A stretch of 63,064 nt of DNA, counting the filler, from Sphacelaria rigidula (lineage: Eukaryota): NCBI GenBank assembly GCA_964200075.2. It is 5 parts of 5 records of this genome, joined end to end, with 100 filler letters (N's around TTAATTAATTAA, not from the genome) between each part and the next. Parts side by side here need not be neighbours in the genome. Positions count along the whole stretch, not along the records: positions 1 to 12,536 come from CAXNAA020003655.1; 4 more parts are not named here. One strand, given 5' to 3'. The position numbers were made by a program, and so were the translations under genes. Position 1 is the first letter of the stretch. Each line of letters begins with the position of its first letter. A model generated the notes under the pieces. The model had not been told where the DNA came from, did no database searches, and was given only the letters and a program-made list of their open reading frames with translations. Of the stretch, positions 1-12,636 are shown one piece after another.

Positions 1-1313
1 ATGGGTCCCAAGATATATAGTTTTTCCCGCCAGGTGCCTTAAGCGTATCTTAATTGGTACATTTTCCTCTAGTCTGGTAGCATGCGTAATTTGTGATTCG
101 ATGGAAATTCACTACAGACAGGTCGCGATGCGTTTTCGGAATTGACAGACACAAACATTCCACACCACTGCGTATCGTTCACTTTAGCCGCCATCCTTCT
201 CAACATCATTTTTACCCAACACGCGGCAGCATTGTGAAGCTTCAGGAGAGCATGACGGATAACGGTACGCGGCGGCGTTGTGAAGCTGCATAACGGTCAG
301 CATGTCAGGTTTTGAGGTAACAGCAATTTCAAGCGTGGCTGGCGTTGGTGAACGAACCGGAACACCAAGACGTGACTGCCAGCCTCGATACACCCCTTGT
401 GTCGTAAAGCCAATCAAATGCAACGGTACCGAACCGCAGTACAGTTCAAAACAGCTCAGTCACTCAATTATCGTGTGTCAACATCGGTCTGGTACTACGC
501 GCATGATCAATTTGCCCACACGCAAGTGCGGGGCAGTTGACAGGGGTCTGTCCGCATCGTGTGTGCAAATCGAGCAAGAGTGCAGTACAACCTAGTACCC
601 TGAAAATCTCAAAGGGCCCTTTGTTCCTCCTGTAAAAACTCATTAGCCGTGCATTACTAGACTGAGTACAAAGTCAGGGAGTTCAGCGACATACTCGTAC
701 TGCAGGCCGTGAACAGTCAGTACAGTCATCATGTACAGCCCTTTAGTAAGAGCAGTCACAACTCAATCGAACGGTCGTCTGTAGAGGGTTTAATTTGACA
801 TCACAACCCAATTTTGGAATAATTTAACACTATTTCTCGGAATACGCCGTTTTTATAATTCCAGTGGTGACTTTTTCATTCGAGCGTCACCACAGATTCA
901 TAGGTAGCCTACAGTAACCGTAACATGATGGCTGAAGGAAACATAACGTTGCTCCTTACGGCTGCATCACGCGGCAATGACCGAGCAGCAGCTGTTGCGT
1001 GGATGGATCCAACAAACGATGTAGCGAAATATGGATTCCAGCATCCTCCGCTGGATTCTGTCGAATCAACCATCATTAATAGATCCGGCTCTTGCTAGAA
1101 AAAGTATCAATTTGGATTACTCGGGGCGTGAAGCGAGGCGCGGCGTCTCGATTTTCCTGTAGGAACGGAAGGTGCAACAGCAGCTGCAGCTTGGTGCGTA
1201 ACGCACACACAACGGTGTTCGTTACACGCCAAATCCATAGCCCACATCAGCACTTGCTTGAGTTGTGAATACATCCATGGCTGCTCCAGGTTTAAAACGG
1301 TGTATCGCAGCAA

Positions 1314-2230
1314 TATAAACACTACATTCGTGAGATTCAGAACGTAGTATCAGATTTAGAGTGGATGCTCTAGCGTTCCTAACAGGAAACTTTTTTTTTT
1401 GCTTGAGCACACGTCCTGTGCATGCAGCTACTGTACAGTACCCCATTCGAGGAATTCGGCGGTCTGGTAGGTGAGTGTGATAAAGCTCAGAGGCGTTGCA
1501 AGATATACTCTGTGCGGGTCTGCTCGTAGACTCTGGAGTCCGTGACGCGTTGTTATCGCGTTTGCTACTGTCATAAGTTAGGGTTGTTCAGCCGCGGCCC
1601 CAGGCCGCGGCGCCCCATCTGATCAGTGACTGCCCTTGCCATGGTCTACCCTGGGCCATCACTACGCTCTGCTCATATGGCTGCCCTGCGGCTGTACTGA
1701 GTAAGAGAGCTGCTTGTAGATAAAACATGAGGCTATGAAACACGTGAGATCTTAATCAACAGTTGAACATGGATGAATCTAATTTGTGATAGTCAGGAAG
1801 GAGAGCTAGGTCTGTGTGAGGTTGCCCACGTGGGAGCTTGGTGGGTTGGCACCATGGTATCTCCTGGCACTCATACCGAGAGACCCCAGCCACTGCATTA
1901 GCTACTCCCTTTTTATGACATGAGATACCGCGCAAAGCATTTTACGCCTGGGGGGGGGCATTTCGGAACTGAAAATATTTCAGGCACTAATCGGTTTTTC
2001 CTGGAAGAGAGGGGATCTTTTGTTGCGTTGGACTGACTACGTCGTTGCGATCAAGTGATGTTTCACATTGGTCGTGTAGGTGACAGCTTCCATTGAAGCC
2101 ACCACTTCACCAGCTGGGTGCATTACTCCTCGAGCTGTGGCGATATCAAAATCGACGGGAAAGTCAATTGTTTTGGGTCTGACTCTGAATCTGAAACTAC
2201 GTTCTGAATCTCACGAATATAGTATTTATA
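1314..2230. mobile_element. Putative non-autonomous DNA transposon bounded by 49-bp inverted repeats
   Basis: 1314-1362 (TATAAACACTACATTCGTGAGATTCAGAACGTAGTATCAGATTTAGAGT) is the reverse complement of 2182-2230 with 4 mismatches. No coding capacity is recognised between the arms. Confidence 0.55.
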
Positions 2231-2758
2231 GCAACGGTGGCGGCATACTCTCGATTCGGTTCCAACCGCCCGTGTACACGTCCATGTTTCCGGGGTGCGA
2301 CTGCGCCATTTCGTTATCGATGCCCATTCTGGAAGCAAGTCACTTGCGCTATGCCTGTATACATGTGAGCCATTACACTTGATGACCTTTAATTTCTGCG
2401 GCGAGTGTAAAGGCTCATCGCTGCATTGCTTTCGCTCCTGCGCGAGCAAAAGAAAACTTGGAGTGCCTCCAGGTGTCTTATCTTACTGCAAAGGACGGTG
2501 TACAACCACACCTGCGCGTTGTGTGCAGTAAGCCTAGGGCCGTTTCATAGCGCGGTGCGGAGATGATGTCAACATGTAGCAATGGATAGTGCCTGAACTA
2601 AATTTTGTTCACCTACGCACGTGACTAATCACGCGGGGAATTGCACTTCATATGCCCGCTTTACTGTATAATAGACACATAAAGCCCAACGGTCGTAACT
2701 GCACCCCTAACTTCAAACTCAGTCGGTAAGCAATAATCGCTGCTCTGACGCTGCAAAC

Positions 2759-2990
2759 AACACCGGATCTTACAAATTGGGGATGGATCATTTATTAGGG
2801 ATGGGAAACCCGGAGGATTAAAATCTTCGTATCCGCACCAAATATTCGAAATATGATTTCATTTTTTCACCTACTGATAGCTATTGACAACTGCTACACG
2901 CCATAGAAATTTGGATTTCGAATACCGGCATGTTAGGGTCCTAGGTGAAAAAAACATTTCGGAACCATTTTGGCGTCCGATCGGACACCC
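2759..2990 (+). repeat. Half copy (one arm) of the fold-back element seen intact at 49181-49604
   Basis: AACACCGGATCTTACAAATTGGGGAT...GGAGGATTAAAATCTTCGTAT...TTGACAACTGCTACACGCC...GGGTCCTAGGTGAA...GTCCGATCGG aligns by eye with 49179-49400. Confidence 0.8.
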
Positions 2991-2999
2991 GGCATGTTT

Positions 3000-5900
3000 A
3001 TGTATTCCGTCTCTTGACGGATTACAGCACATCCTCACCCCTGACTGCGGTAGTAGCCAGTTCCCGCAATCAGCCCTCCGGGCGCATAGTGTCGTTTTGA
3101 ATCGACGGCCCATCATCGTACTGTCCTCATCCACCACGCCACGCCGCGATCCGTAACATTAGAGCTCGACGAGACTCTTTGATACCTGGCACCCGTGCTA
3201 CCGGTAAGGCGGCCCAACCCTTACCGCTGCCCCCTCATTTCTTAGGCGGGGAGTTTTCGGTAAAATAGGAGTACCAACGTCGCTGCCACTGAGCCCACTT
3301 CTGGCGTACCTCATCCGGGATGCCTGCACCCATAGAATGATGGATGAGACCCGACTTGTTAATGAACGCCTCCGGGTAGTCTCGAGCCAACGTATGCTCC
3401 GCGCTACCACAGTTCAAACAATATGGACCAAAAGCTTGTCGCACCTTGTTTTTAAGGGCGCGGGTGGGGAACGGATCATAGAAAGGTGGGTCTTTAATTC
3501 TCCCAAAACGGTCCCCATTTTCCCGCCCCACCATGTACACGTAAGCCATTTCTTGGTCTCCTCGGTCAAAATCACCCATGTTGGTGATACTCATTACCCT
3601 CCCATATGCCCTGCCCTGGCCCACTTTTGGGGGATAGCGGTTCCGAGCCGTTCACCCCGTCGACCTCGGCGCGAACCGTGGCGCATGCGCCCGCATCGTG
3701 TTAGATCTGAAATTATCGAGTGTAGCCATTAATCGTTCCAACGAGGCGAACGGCGTCGCACAGTCGTCCCTACCCGCAAATACATGGGTACTTTTCCCCG
3801 GGAATTGGTCCTGAATGACCGTTTTGATAGATTGTACCTTCTCCTGGTCAGGGGTCAGTTCAGCACCAAGGCATTGCACATTGCTTACCAGTATGCGGAG
3901 GCTGCGGAGGTATTCCGCGAATGCCGCCCCCTCGGCCGCCCGGAAATTCATGGGTCCACGTAACACGGCATCGGGCGTTAGACTGCTGAGTTCCCTGCTA
4001 AGTACCCACACCAAGAATGCCAAAGCATCGGGCCCCGAGGTGCCCTCTGCTTGCAACCGAGTTACCGTAGGCATCACTTCTGCAAGTCGCGCGACAATAT
4101 TGGGTGCATCAGGCGTGCTTGTGTGTACCGCTCTCTGTATATGCTTTTGGATTGTCTTTTCCCAGCCCCGCGTCCACCGTGTGGGGTGGGTATCCCCCAC
4201 CATGAGATGCATCGCCGACACTGGATCCTTATTCCCCTCAATCAACGTCACCAGTTGTTGCATGTTATGGGTAGTGGACAAAGGTAAGCGTGGCAGGTCC
4301 GCCAATAAATCAAGCTTCAGCTTCGCATACCCCTGGGCAATGTGAGCCGTCCGCAGCGATGGGAACGCGTCAGACGAACCACCCGACGCGGGAGCCGCAA
4401 AACCCCCTCGCTCCCCGACACCCGCCCAACACCAATCCCTCCGGGATCCACCATAACCTCCAATGGGATACACCCCCCTCCCCTCTCATGCTCATTTGCA
4501 CAAGGCCCCCCGATCTCCACGCACCTGTTGAGCTGGCGCCGCGCCTGCCCGTCCGCGGGAAAACCCGCCGCTGCTCGCGCCCCCCCGATAGTTCCGTCTC
4601 CACCCGGAGACCCCGCCTGTCCCGCTCCGGCATCCTCGGCTTCCAACCGGGCCAACACCTCTTCGCCACCCGCGTAGAGCTCTCGCTGCCTGCGCTCCCA
4701 CACGTCCAGAGCGATGTTTCCCGGGCACGACCCCTTAATTCCGCGATATCCCCGCAGGAAAGCCGCCAACGCCGTCCCGCGGGGGCACCGTGCGCGGCAG
4801 TATGCCACCTCGTCTTCCGACAGCCGCGCCAGCTCCAACGCCTCTCCTTGGCTGGAGTCTACCATCCCCCGCTGCATCGGGGCCCGCACGTCCGCCAGGG
4901 CGGCGGAGCGAGCCGCGACCGATCGAGCGGCCGGCTTCTCCTTCCCCGCACCCGCCGGAGGCGGCGGCCCCGGCAACACGGCCGGCACCGCCGCGCGGGA
5001 CTCAGCGATCCGCCCCACCGACTCTCTCGATGTTCCCCCACCAGGATGCCCCGCCGCTACCGGGGCAGACGGTACCGCGCCCACCACTGACGTGGCGCGG
5101 ACGCTCTGTACCGGAGACGCTGACACGGGCTGGGCCGGCGGGGAAGCGCCGGAAAGCGTCGCCTGGACAGCCAGCGACTCTGCTGAAGCAAGAGCGTGAC
5201 TATCCACCCCACCAGCTGGCCCCGGGGGGGCGCTTGACCCCCTGGAGGCCGTAAGGCCTCCTGCGGCCTCCGCGGCGCGCAGGGCTGCCAACTGCGGGCC
5301 CATTGATATGTACCGGGGGCCAGACTGGTAGGCCAACCCCGCTATCGCTTCCTCCCGCCGGCCCCGGCAGACTATCAGCTCGACTTCCTCCCTATCCAAC
5401 AAAGCGCGAGACCGCGCCCGAGCGTCCGCAGACCGTGCACGCGCCGCCACCACCTCTTCCCAAGGACGTTCAGCGGCCGCGAGATCCGTCGCCGCGACCT
5501 CGTCGGCGGCGGCCACCACGCTGTCATTCTGCGCCGCGGCGTCCCGGCGTTCCTTTGCCGACGTCGTAGCGTCCATCGTGGTCGATACGCCCGAGAGGGC
5601 CGCCTGTTCCAAGGTGCAACAACCATCCGGAGGCGAATCAGCCAAGGCTTCGAAGCGATCTTCACACACGACCGGTGGAAGGGCGGAACCCTTACCCCTA
5701 GACACGTCCGCGTACGTACGCGAGCCGGGCACGCGCCGCCAACTCCCACCCTGCTCTGAGATCGGCACCGGGGGCGGCACAGACACACTACCCGTCCCCC
5801 CCCCCGCACTCGACAGTGACAACGCGAGAGAAGGGTCCCGTCCCACGGCAATTTCCGCCGCGCGAGCTATCCGCTCTTCGTCCGCCTGCAACAGACGGGC

Positions 5901-6960
5901 CAACAATTCGTCCGGTACCGCAGCAGGAGACCTCGCTCCATCCCTCTTACGGAAATAACCCCCCCCCCGGCCCCGCAACCGTGGAAACAGACACCCCCCC
6001 GCGGGGGCGAGGATACCTTGCACCCCGAAACGCGCGGGGGCGGCGACAGCACTCTACCCTCCACCAAAACCCGTTCTTCCCGAGACAACCGAGACAAAAG
6101 CGCACGAACCTCATACACCAAATCACCCCTCACCTCAGAGTCGCCTGTGGCGACGCCGGCGGCGGCGGGGAGGGTGTACGCCGCGCGTCGTCGCCCATGA
6201 CGCGGCGTCCCCGCGGCGACGAGCCCTTACCAGCCGAGCTCGCCGCACCCGCGACAGCTTCCGCCCGTCCACACCCGCCGCCTGCTGCGAAGAGTCTGTT
6301 ACAGCCAGAGCGCACGTAACACGGCGAGGCACCACCGACACACAAAGAGGGGTAAGACCACGACCACCCAGGCCCACCGCGTGCGACACACTCGAGACCC
6401 GCGGCAGCGCGTCACCAACTACCTCCCCATCACACAACCCGCGCGATACCGAGGGGCCCCGCGAGCGACCAACCGACGGCGATTCGGCCGCGTCGCCACC
6501 AGAGCACTCAGAGCTGGCGGCACTACCCGCCGCCTCGATTTGAGCCTCAATTTGGGCGAACAGAGACGAGCCCACACCACTCCCAGAGGCACTCGGCGCG
6601 CCAGCGGCCGACCCTGCGTCGGAAACCGAACTCTCACCCATGTCCACACCCCTACCCCGAGAGCCGGACGTAAACTCTCTAACCGTACCCTATTTACCCT
6701 TCACCACCGACCCAGGCGGGGCCGACTCCTACACCACCGCGCGCCCCCCCCGACGGTGAAGAGGAGTTCTCACTAGCTTGAATATCCCCGCGCACATCAA
6801 CAATTTCACCAACTCCCGATGCCGGCACGCGGGGCAAGGGCAGCCCGCCATGGGCGGTGGAGTCAATTACCGACTCCGCATCCTCCGCCCGTGCAGCCCG
6901 TGCAGCCCGTGCAGCCCGTGTCCCGGTGCGACGCGCGAGAGCACCTCCGCAAGGAGGCAC
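3000..6960 (-). mobile_element. Degenerate retroelement gag-like region (frameshifted ORFs 4317-6023, 3652-4473, 3235-3624)
   Basis: Very GC-rich block of consecutive minus-strand ORFs: an Ala/Pro-rich N-terminal part, a helical capsid-like part (FAEYLRSLRILVSNVQ), then a zinc-knuckle remnant CLNCGSAEHTLARDYPE (CX2CX4H, last Cys lost). No introns. Superfamily (DIRS/Ngaro vs Gypsy) not determined. Confidence 0.6.
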
Positions 6961-7031
6961 CCCGGTGCGCTACGAACGCGTGACCCGCCCTCCTCCCACC
7001 CCTTTAACATGACTGTGATTCGCACCTGACA

Positions 7032-7656
7032 TGTTAGCAGCCGAAAAAGCTCCGCAGCCGACGAACCCGAAGAGCAGCAGCACAGCAAACTATTCGACGA
7101 CGCCACTGAGAGGAACCTGAATTTCGCTCCGCAGAAATAGAGAATCCCTTCTTCTCACTTGTAAGCTCTTAGTCTGTGGTGTGCATTTGATGGTACAGTC
7201 AACCAGGGCTGAGGGCAGCAGCTGGGACAGTCAGGGTGGAAGCTCCCCGTGGAAGTGTGGAGAGGGAAGAAGACAGATGGCGAAAACCTCGTGTTGATAT
7301 TAAGTAATTGACGTTGTTCTTTGTAGATACAAGTCCTTGTTGCAAACCCTAAAGCTGGGGTCTGGTGAGAACTGACCAAGGGTGGGGCACACCAAACTCA
7401 GCGGCCCGCAACAAAACAGTCAAAATGAAACGTTCCACAGCCCTACTGACGACATTCTCCCGGCTATATTGACGGTTACTCGATGACGTCCTTACCCACC
7501 AAGGTCCCCAAGTTCAGTAGTTGACACACCTAGAGACAAGCTCGGCCCTCGGCCCCTTGAAACCCACTCCGGAATCAAACTGTCTGTGCTGTCTAGCCTG
7601 AAACCGTCTCGGTTGGAACTGTAGTCTGTCATGTTCGAGTAGGACGCTGTATAACA
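7032..7656 (-). repeat. Long terminal repeat (3' LTR of the minus-strand Gypsy element)
   Basis: Begins TGTTAG (7032) and ends ATAACA (7656), giving TGTTA/TAACA inverted termini. It is followed on the plus strand by CCCCCTT, a short polypurine tract AAGGGGG on the element strand. The partner LTR is not in this contig. Confidence 0.65.
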
Positions 7657-8407
7657 CCCCCTTAGCAAGTAATCTCCGTCGTAGAAACGGCGCTTACAAT
7701 GACTAGGTTACACACTGAAAAATGAGCTCACCACATCAGCGCATCCTGTGAACATAAAGTTTGGCTCGTGAACTGGCCTGAACTTTGTGCGATAGTCAAG
7801 GCTGAGCTCACTTTGTTACCCCCCACAGCCCCCTGCCCACTATATCTTTTGGTTTCGCTCAGCTACACACACAGGCCCGACCCCGGAAAGCTCGACTGAC
7901 TCCTGATACGTCAGCCTCCAAGGAGTGGGGAATATCGAAGGAGACGACGACTCAGGCTCCGATATCCAACCACGACGAAATCAAAACCGAAAAAATGCGC
8001 TCAACGAGAGTACGGCCACACCAGCTAAAGCCTACTTGAAACGACCGAAAGACAAGGACAAAAAATAAAAAATCATGATGGTATTCCGAGAACAGAGACA
8101 CATTTCATGTTGCTACTTACTATCCAGAGCCACCGCCTCCGGACACAACCGCTCGCAAGGAGTGGGGAAATCGGAAAAGCAGTATCTCCGGCTCCAAATT
8201 TCAATCCACCAAGAAAAAGTCCACGCGAAAACTACAAATGGACATGAGTCAAATTTTCTCCGAGCTCCAGCCATTACATCAATCATTCGCGGCGTCCTCC
8301 TGCTCGTTCTTGCAGGCAGCTCCGCGGCGCTCTGTCCCGTTCCAGTCCAGGATGGCCAGATTCCAAGCATCCCAAGCCTCCGTCCACCCTAGCTCCTGCT
8401 CGACCCA

Positions 8408-8795
8408 CCCCGCCCTGTCCCACACATGCGCGAAATATTTGACGGTTTCCTGCAGCATGTGGATGGGCCAGCGCCAATCATCCATCACCACAACCAGTTC
8501 CACCACGAAAAAGGCCCCGCCCTGTCCCACGCATGCGCGAAATATTTGACGGTTTCTCGCAACATGCGGATGGACCAGCACCCGACATAAACCACCACAA
8601 CCAGTTCCACCACGAAAAGGCCCCGCCCTGTCCCATACATGCGCGAAGTATTTGACGGTTCCTCGCCGCATGTGGATGGGCCAACACCAAACGTCCATCG
8701 CCACAACCAGTTCCACCACGAAAAAGCCCCACCCTGTCACCAGCCATGCGCGAAATGTTTGACAGATTTCCGTAGGAGGTGGAAATGCCAACGCC
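8408..8795. repeat. Tandem repeat, ~106-107-bp unit, ~3.5 copies, in the Gypsy 3' region
   Basis: Units start near 8408, 8515, 8621 and 8727 (CCCCGCCCTGTCCCA..CATGCGCGAAATATTTGACGGTT...CCACAACCAGTTCCACCACGAAAA). Confidence 0.9.
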
Positions 8796-11700
8796 AGTCC
8801 CCCGGCCGACCCCGACTCTCCTCGAGGGCTGCCCACCGGATATGTACCGCGTACTTGCGCCCCAAGTCCATCATGCGGAGGTTGTGCGGCCGTTCCTGCT
8901 GACTGGGGTTCTCCTCCAGCCCCACCACCTCGGACAACTGCCAACCTACGGATGCCCTTTTGAAATATACATACGCACCGACAATGTCAGAGTTATACAC
9001 ATCGGGCCCATCTTTTCGGCGCCCCGACACCTTATACCCGGGCGCCACATAATACCCACCACGATCGTGCGCCGTTATGCGCCTCGACAAATGGATGCGG
9101 TATTTACGATACCGCGCGTTGTCCCATTTCACCTGTATTGGTTCCCCGAACCAATATTTGAGAACTACCTTCCAGCCGTATTGCTCAAGGTCGGCTTCAT
9201 GCTCCCACCTAGGAACATCCAACCCGCCCCACCGCGTGAGGTATTGCACCACCAGCTTACCACCCACACCCCGAGACAACCTGTGTTTTACCATTTTTGG
9301 GGGGAGTATTCGGTGTGTGTCCAACTCCCTCGTCACATCCTCCGCTGTTGGATGCAGAGGAGGCGACAGTTCGGAATATTTGTTTAGCACATACTGACGA
9401 AGCCCCCAAGGCAAAAATCTCGGCTTGTCCGGTACCTCATGAGGGTTGTAAGACCGCTTACACCCTGCCATCGACGCCCTGGGGTTCATGTTGACCCCTG
9501 GCTCGTTCCGACGAAGCTCCAGCAACAGCAAATTTCTTCCCACCTGTTCAACCTCCGAGGTTACCCCGGTCCTACCAATAAAAGTTTGAACGGCCCCGTC
9601 CAGCGCTGAGTCAGCTTCGCTGACAGAGCCAAAGACGTCCGCGCTGTACTCGACGCCACCTTCACCGCTTTACCCCCCGCGGCGATGGTGTTTTTATCAT
9701 CATACACAAATGCCCACTGGCCCGCTTGCCATTTTGGCCGGCGGTTTGCCATTTCCTCAATACTCTGGTTCTTGGCTTCGTGTTGTGCTTTGATAAAAAA
9801 AATCTTCTTGCCTCACCAATTCGTACGCTTTTACCTGACGTTCTCTCATCAGCTGGAGATAATCCAACTGATCGGCGGCCTTCAAACCCTGGTGCCCCCG
9901 CCCCCCCCTACTTTCCAGAATAGTCATGGGCATGCACGGGTAACGTCTAATATGTACCTCATTTGGAGACAACCCGGTACCCCTACTGATGTTATTGTTG
10001 TGAGCTAAGATCGCATGCATCAGGGACTCATTCCAGTTGCTCTGATCGTCCACCACCAAATAAGACAGCATTTGACACAAAGTGTGGTTCAACCGCTCCA
10101 CCATCCCATTCGTCTGAGGGTGATACGAGCTCGTGAACCACTTTACCGCACCCATCATTTCATAGACCGACCTGCACACCGCGGAAGTGAACTCCGCCCC
10201 CCGATCCGACAAGAAAGTGTGCGGGCAACTCCATCGTGGCACACAATCCTCCACGATGGTTGCAGCACACCCGGTAGCTGAGTGCTCTTCAGAGGTGATC
10301 GCGTAAGCCTCCGTGTACCTACTAAACAGATGCACCATGAGGAAAATATGTCTGTTGCCCCTCTTTGTTTCCGGCAAGGGGTCAAGGAAATCAAACGCTA
10401 CCATGTGCCCCGGCCGACTCGGTAGTGGCAGCGAGAATAGAGGCCACCGCATCGTGTACCGATCAGATTTTTTGGCCTGACATGAGTAACAGCGTCGGAT
10501 CCAGAATTTCACGCTTTCTTTCATGCCAACCCACCAATAATACCGTCGCAGCAGAGAGAGGGCCACTTTTCCACCAAGATGCACTGCCGCTTTGTGCGTC
10601 TGGTCCATCACCCAGGGCCTCAGCATCAACGGGACATACGTTCGCACAGGTTCGTCCCCAAGGTATCGCTCAAATACCCCCGGGTTACGGTCCTCTGAAT
10701 CCAAAGGCGCAGGAGTCAACTCTTTCACCACCAGTTTGCTACCGTTCGCTAGCTCAAAGAGTTTTCCTTGTTTCAGCAACGCCCTCAGTTCTTTCACATC
10801 AATACGACTATCCACTGACTTTTCTTCTTCCTTCGTGAGTACCGTTGCCCCTTGTGAGAGATACATAGTAGTCGTACGCGCGGTCAAATCAGTCTGTTGG
10901 ATGTGTACCCAGTCACCCGCTGACTTGGAACACAAACGCTCACCAAAGTTGCATGCTTCCGCCGCCTCTAGAGTGGGCGCGGGAGTATCCGAACCATCAA
11001 CTTCGGCTAACCCAGCCTCACCGTCCGTGATTGCTAGAACGTCCGAGCCCGTCGTCTCGTGTAACAAGTATTTTCCCACTTCAGTAACCGGGCAAGCATG
11101 TAAGCACAAACCCGTTCCCCACTGCCCACACACCACATCCGTAACCCTCGGGAGTAGAAGTCGTGGCTGATCTCTCACCACTTCCGGACCCTTCCAGACT
11201 GCCATCGACCGTTTTTGCCTGAGATTATTTTGAAGTTGATCCCACTCGTCGTCCGCTACTTCTGAAAGTGTCAGCGGCATGTCCGAGTGTTCTCCCCCCC
11301 CCCCTTTGAACTACACCATGAGGATGAAGCCCATCCAAACTGGAACCCTGGGGCGAGCCTGACACACCGGGGAGCCCATCCAAACCAGAACCATGGTGCC
11401 GTTCAAAGTCACGAGGCACAATACCATTTGCCCCAATAAAGTATACATCAACACCGGCAGGATTGGTGATTGGATCTGTCCACTATCATCCTCCGGACTA
11501 TGAGCTTGCGGCAGACGGAACAACATGTCCACGTTGGAGTTAGCGACTCCTGGTTTGTAGAAAATTTCGTACGTGTACGCACTAAGAAAACCCTGCCAAC
11601 GCTGAACCCGCGGCACCTCTCTGCTAAGCCAAAAAGGCTGCGCAGAGACTGATGGTCGCTATAAAGTCGGAAAGGCATCCCATGAAACAGCGGACGATAT

Positions 11701-12471
11701 TTCTTCACCGCCCACACGATCGCACCCGCTTCCAACTCAGTGGCCGTCCAGTTTCGTTCATTCGGCAACGTGATCCGGCTCAAAAAGCATAAAGGTCGCA
11801 CCGCACCGTCTGGTTGGCGCTGTTCTACCACAGCCCCCAGCCCCCAGTCCTTCCTTGCTGGCATCAGTAACCAACATGAAAGGACGGCCACCAGACGCAG
11901 CACCCTCATAGTCTGGAAAAGCCAGAACACTAGTGCTAGATAAATCGTCCAAAATTTCGCGAACGGTTACCCCGTGTTCTGGCGTGAACTTGAACTCAAC
12001 CCCTTTTTTCAACAACCCATTAATGGCTTTGGTGCGAGCGGCCATCTTGAGGATAAACTTCCGATGATAACTTAATCCCCCCAAGAGCGAACGCAGCTCA
12101 CCGACATTGATCGGCATAAGCATTGATCGCAGCGCGCCTACTTTCTTAGAGTCGGGCGCGATGCCGTCGGCCGAGATGCGATGACCCAGGAATTGTGTTT
12201 TACGCGCCCCCACGTGCGCTTTCTTTCGCGCCAGTTTTATAATAAATTTTGTCAGTCGTTCCAGAAAAGTGGCCAAGTCGTTCACATGTTCAGCCTCATT
12301 TGCGCTAAACGTACAGATATCGTCAATATGAAGGCGGCACCGTTCCATTTTCCCCCACCTAAGTCGCCATACATCTCGTCTGACGGAGGCGATACCTCCG
12401 TCTTGACAACAAACACACCAGGGGGCACCGGGGTTGGCAGTCTGGATATTTCCGCATCGTTCAGCGAACAC
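8737..12471 (-). mobile_element. Ty3/Gypsy (chromovirus-like) pol pseudogene: RT, RNase H, integrase, chromodomain; frameshifted; 5' part lost at the gap
   Basis: RT LHIDDICTFS...FLGHRISADGIAPD...LRSLLGGLSYHRKFI (11758-12471). RNase H TDASKEGLGA, NWTATELEAGAIVWAV...YSDH (11448-11930). Integrase HHCC (THKAAVHLG...CYSC) and core AFDFL/SDRGAEFT/HPQTNGMVERLN (9757-11280). KLTQRWTGPF motif (9561-9752). Chromodomain-like QYLTRWGGLDVPRWEHEADL (8737-9543). The RT-RH-IN order defines Gypsy. Confidence 0.95.
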
Positions 12472-12536
12472 GGTACCAGAGGCAACCCAGCCCCACCTAA
12501 TTTCATCCCCGGCACGGCCACGACACCCTCAAAATC

Positions 12537-12636
12537 NNNNNNNNNNNNNNNNNNNNNNNNNNNNNNNNNNNNNNNNNNNNTTAATTAATTAANNNNNNNN
12601 NNNNNNNNNNNNNNNNNNNNNNNNNNNNNNNNNNNN
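12537..12636. other. Assembly gap spacer (100 nt, N runs around TTAATTAATTAA); also at 25172-25271, 37805-37904 and 50436-50535
   Basis: Four identical 100-nt N blocks with a central six-frame-stop linker. Confidence 0.98.

Noticed and set aside
4290..6776. Many long plus-strand and alternative-frame ORFs
   Set aside because: Shadow ORFs caused by very high GC content over the minus-strand gag-like region; no motifs.
8408..8795. Possible CRISPR-like array
   Set aside because: Whole units are homologous with no unique spacers, there are no cas genes, and the context is a eukaryotic retrotransposon.
12581..12592. TTAATTAATTAA palindrome repeated four times
   Set aside because: Always centred in a 100-nt N block; it is an artificial six-frame-stop contig linker.
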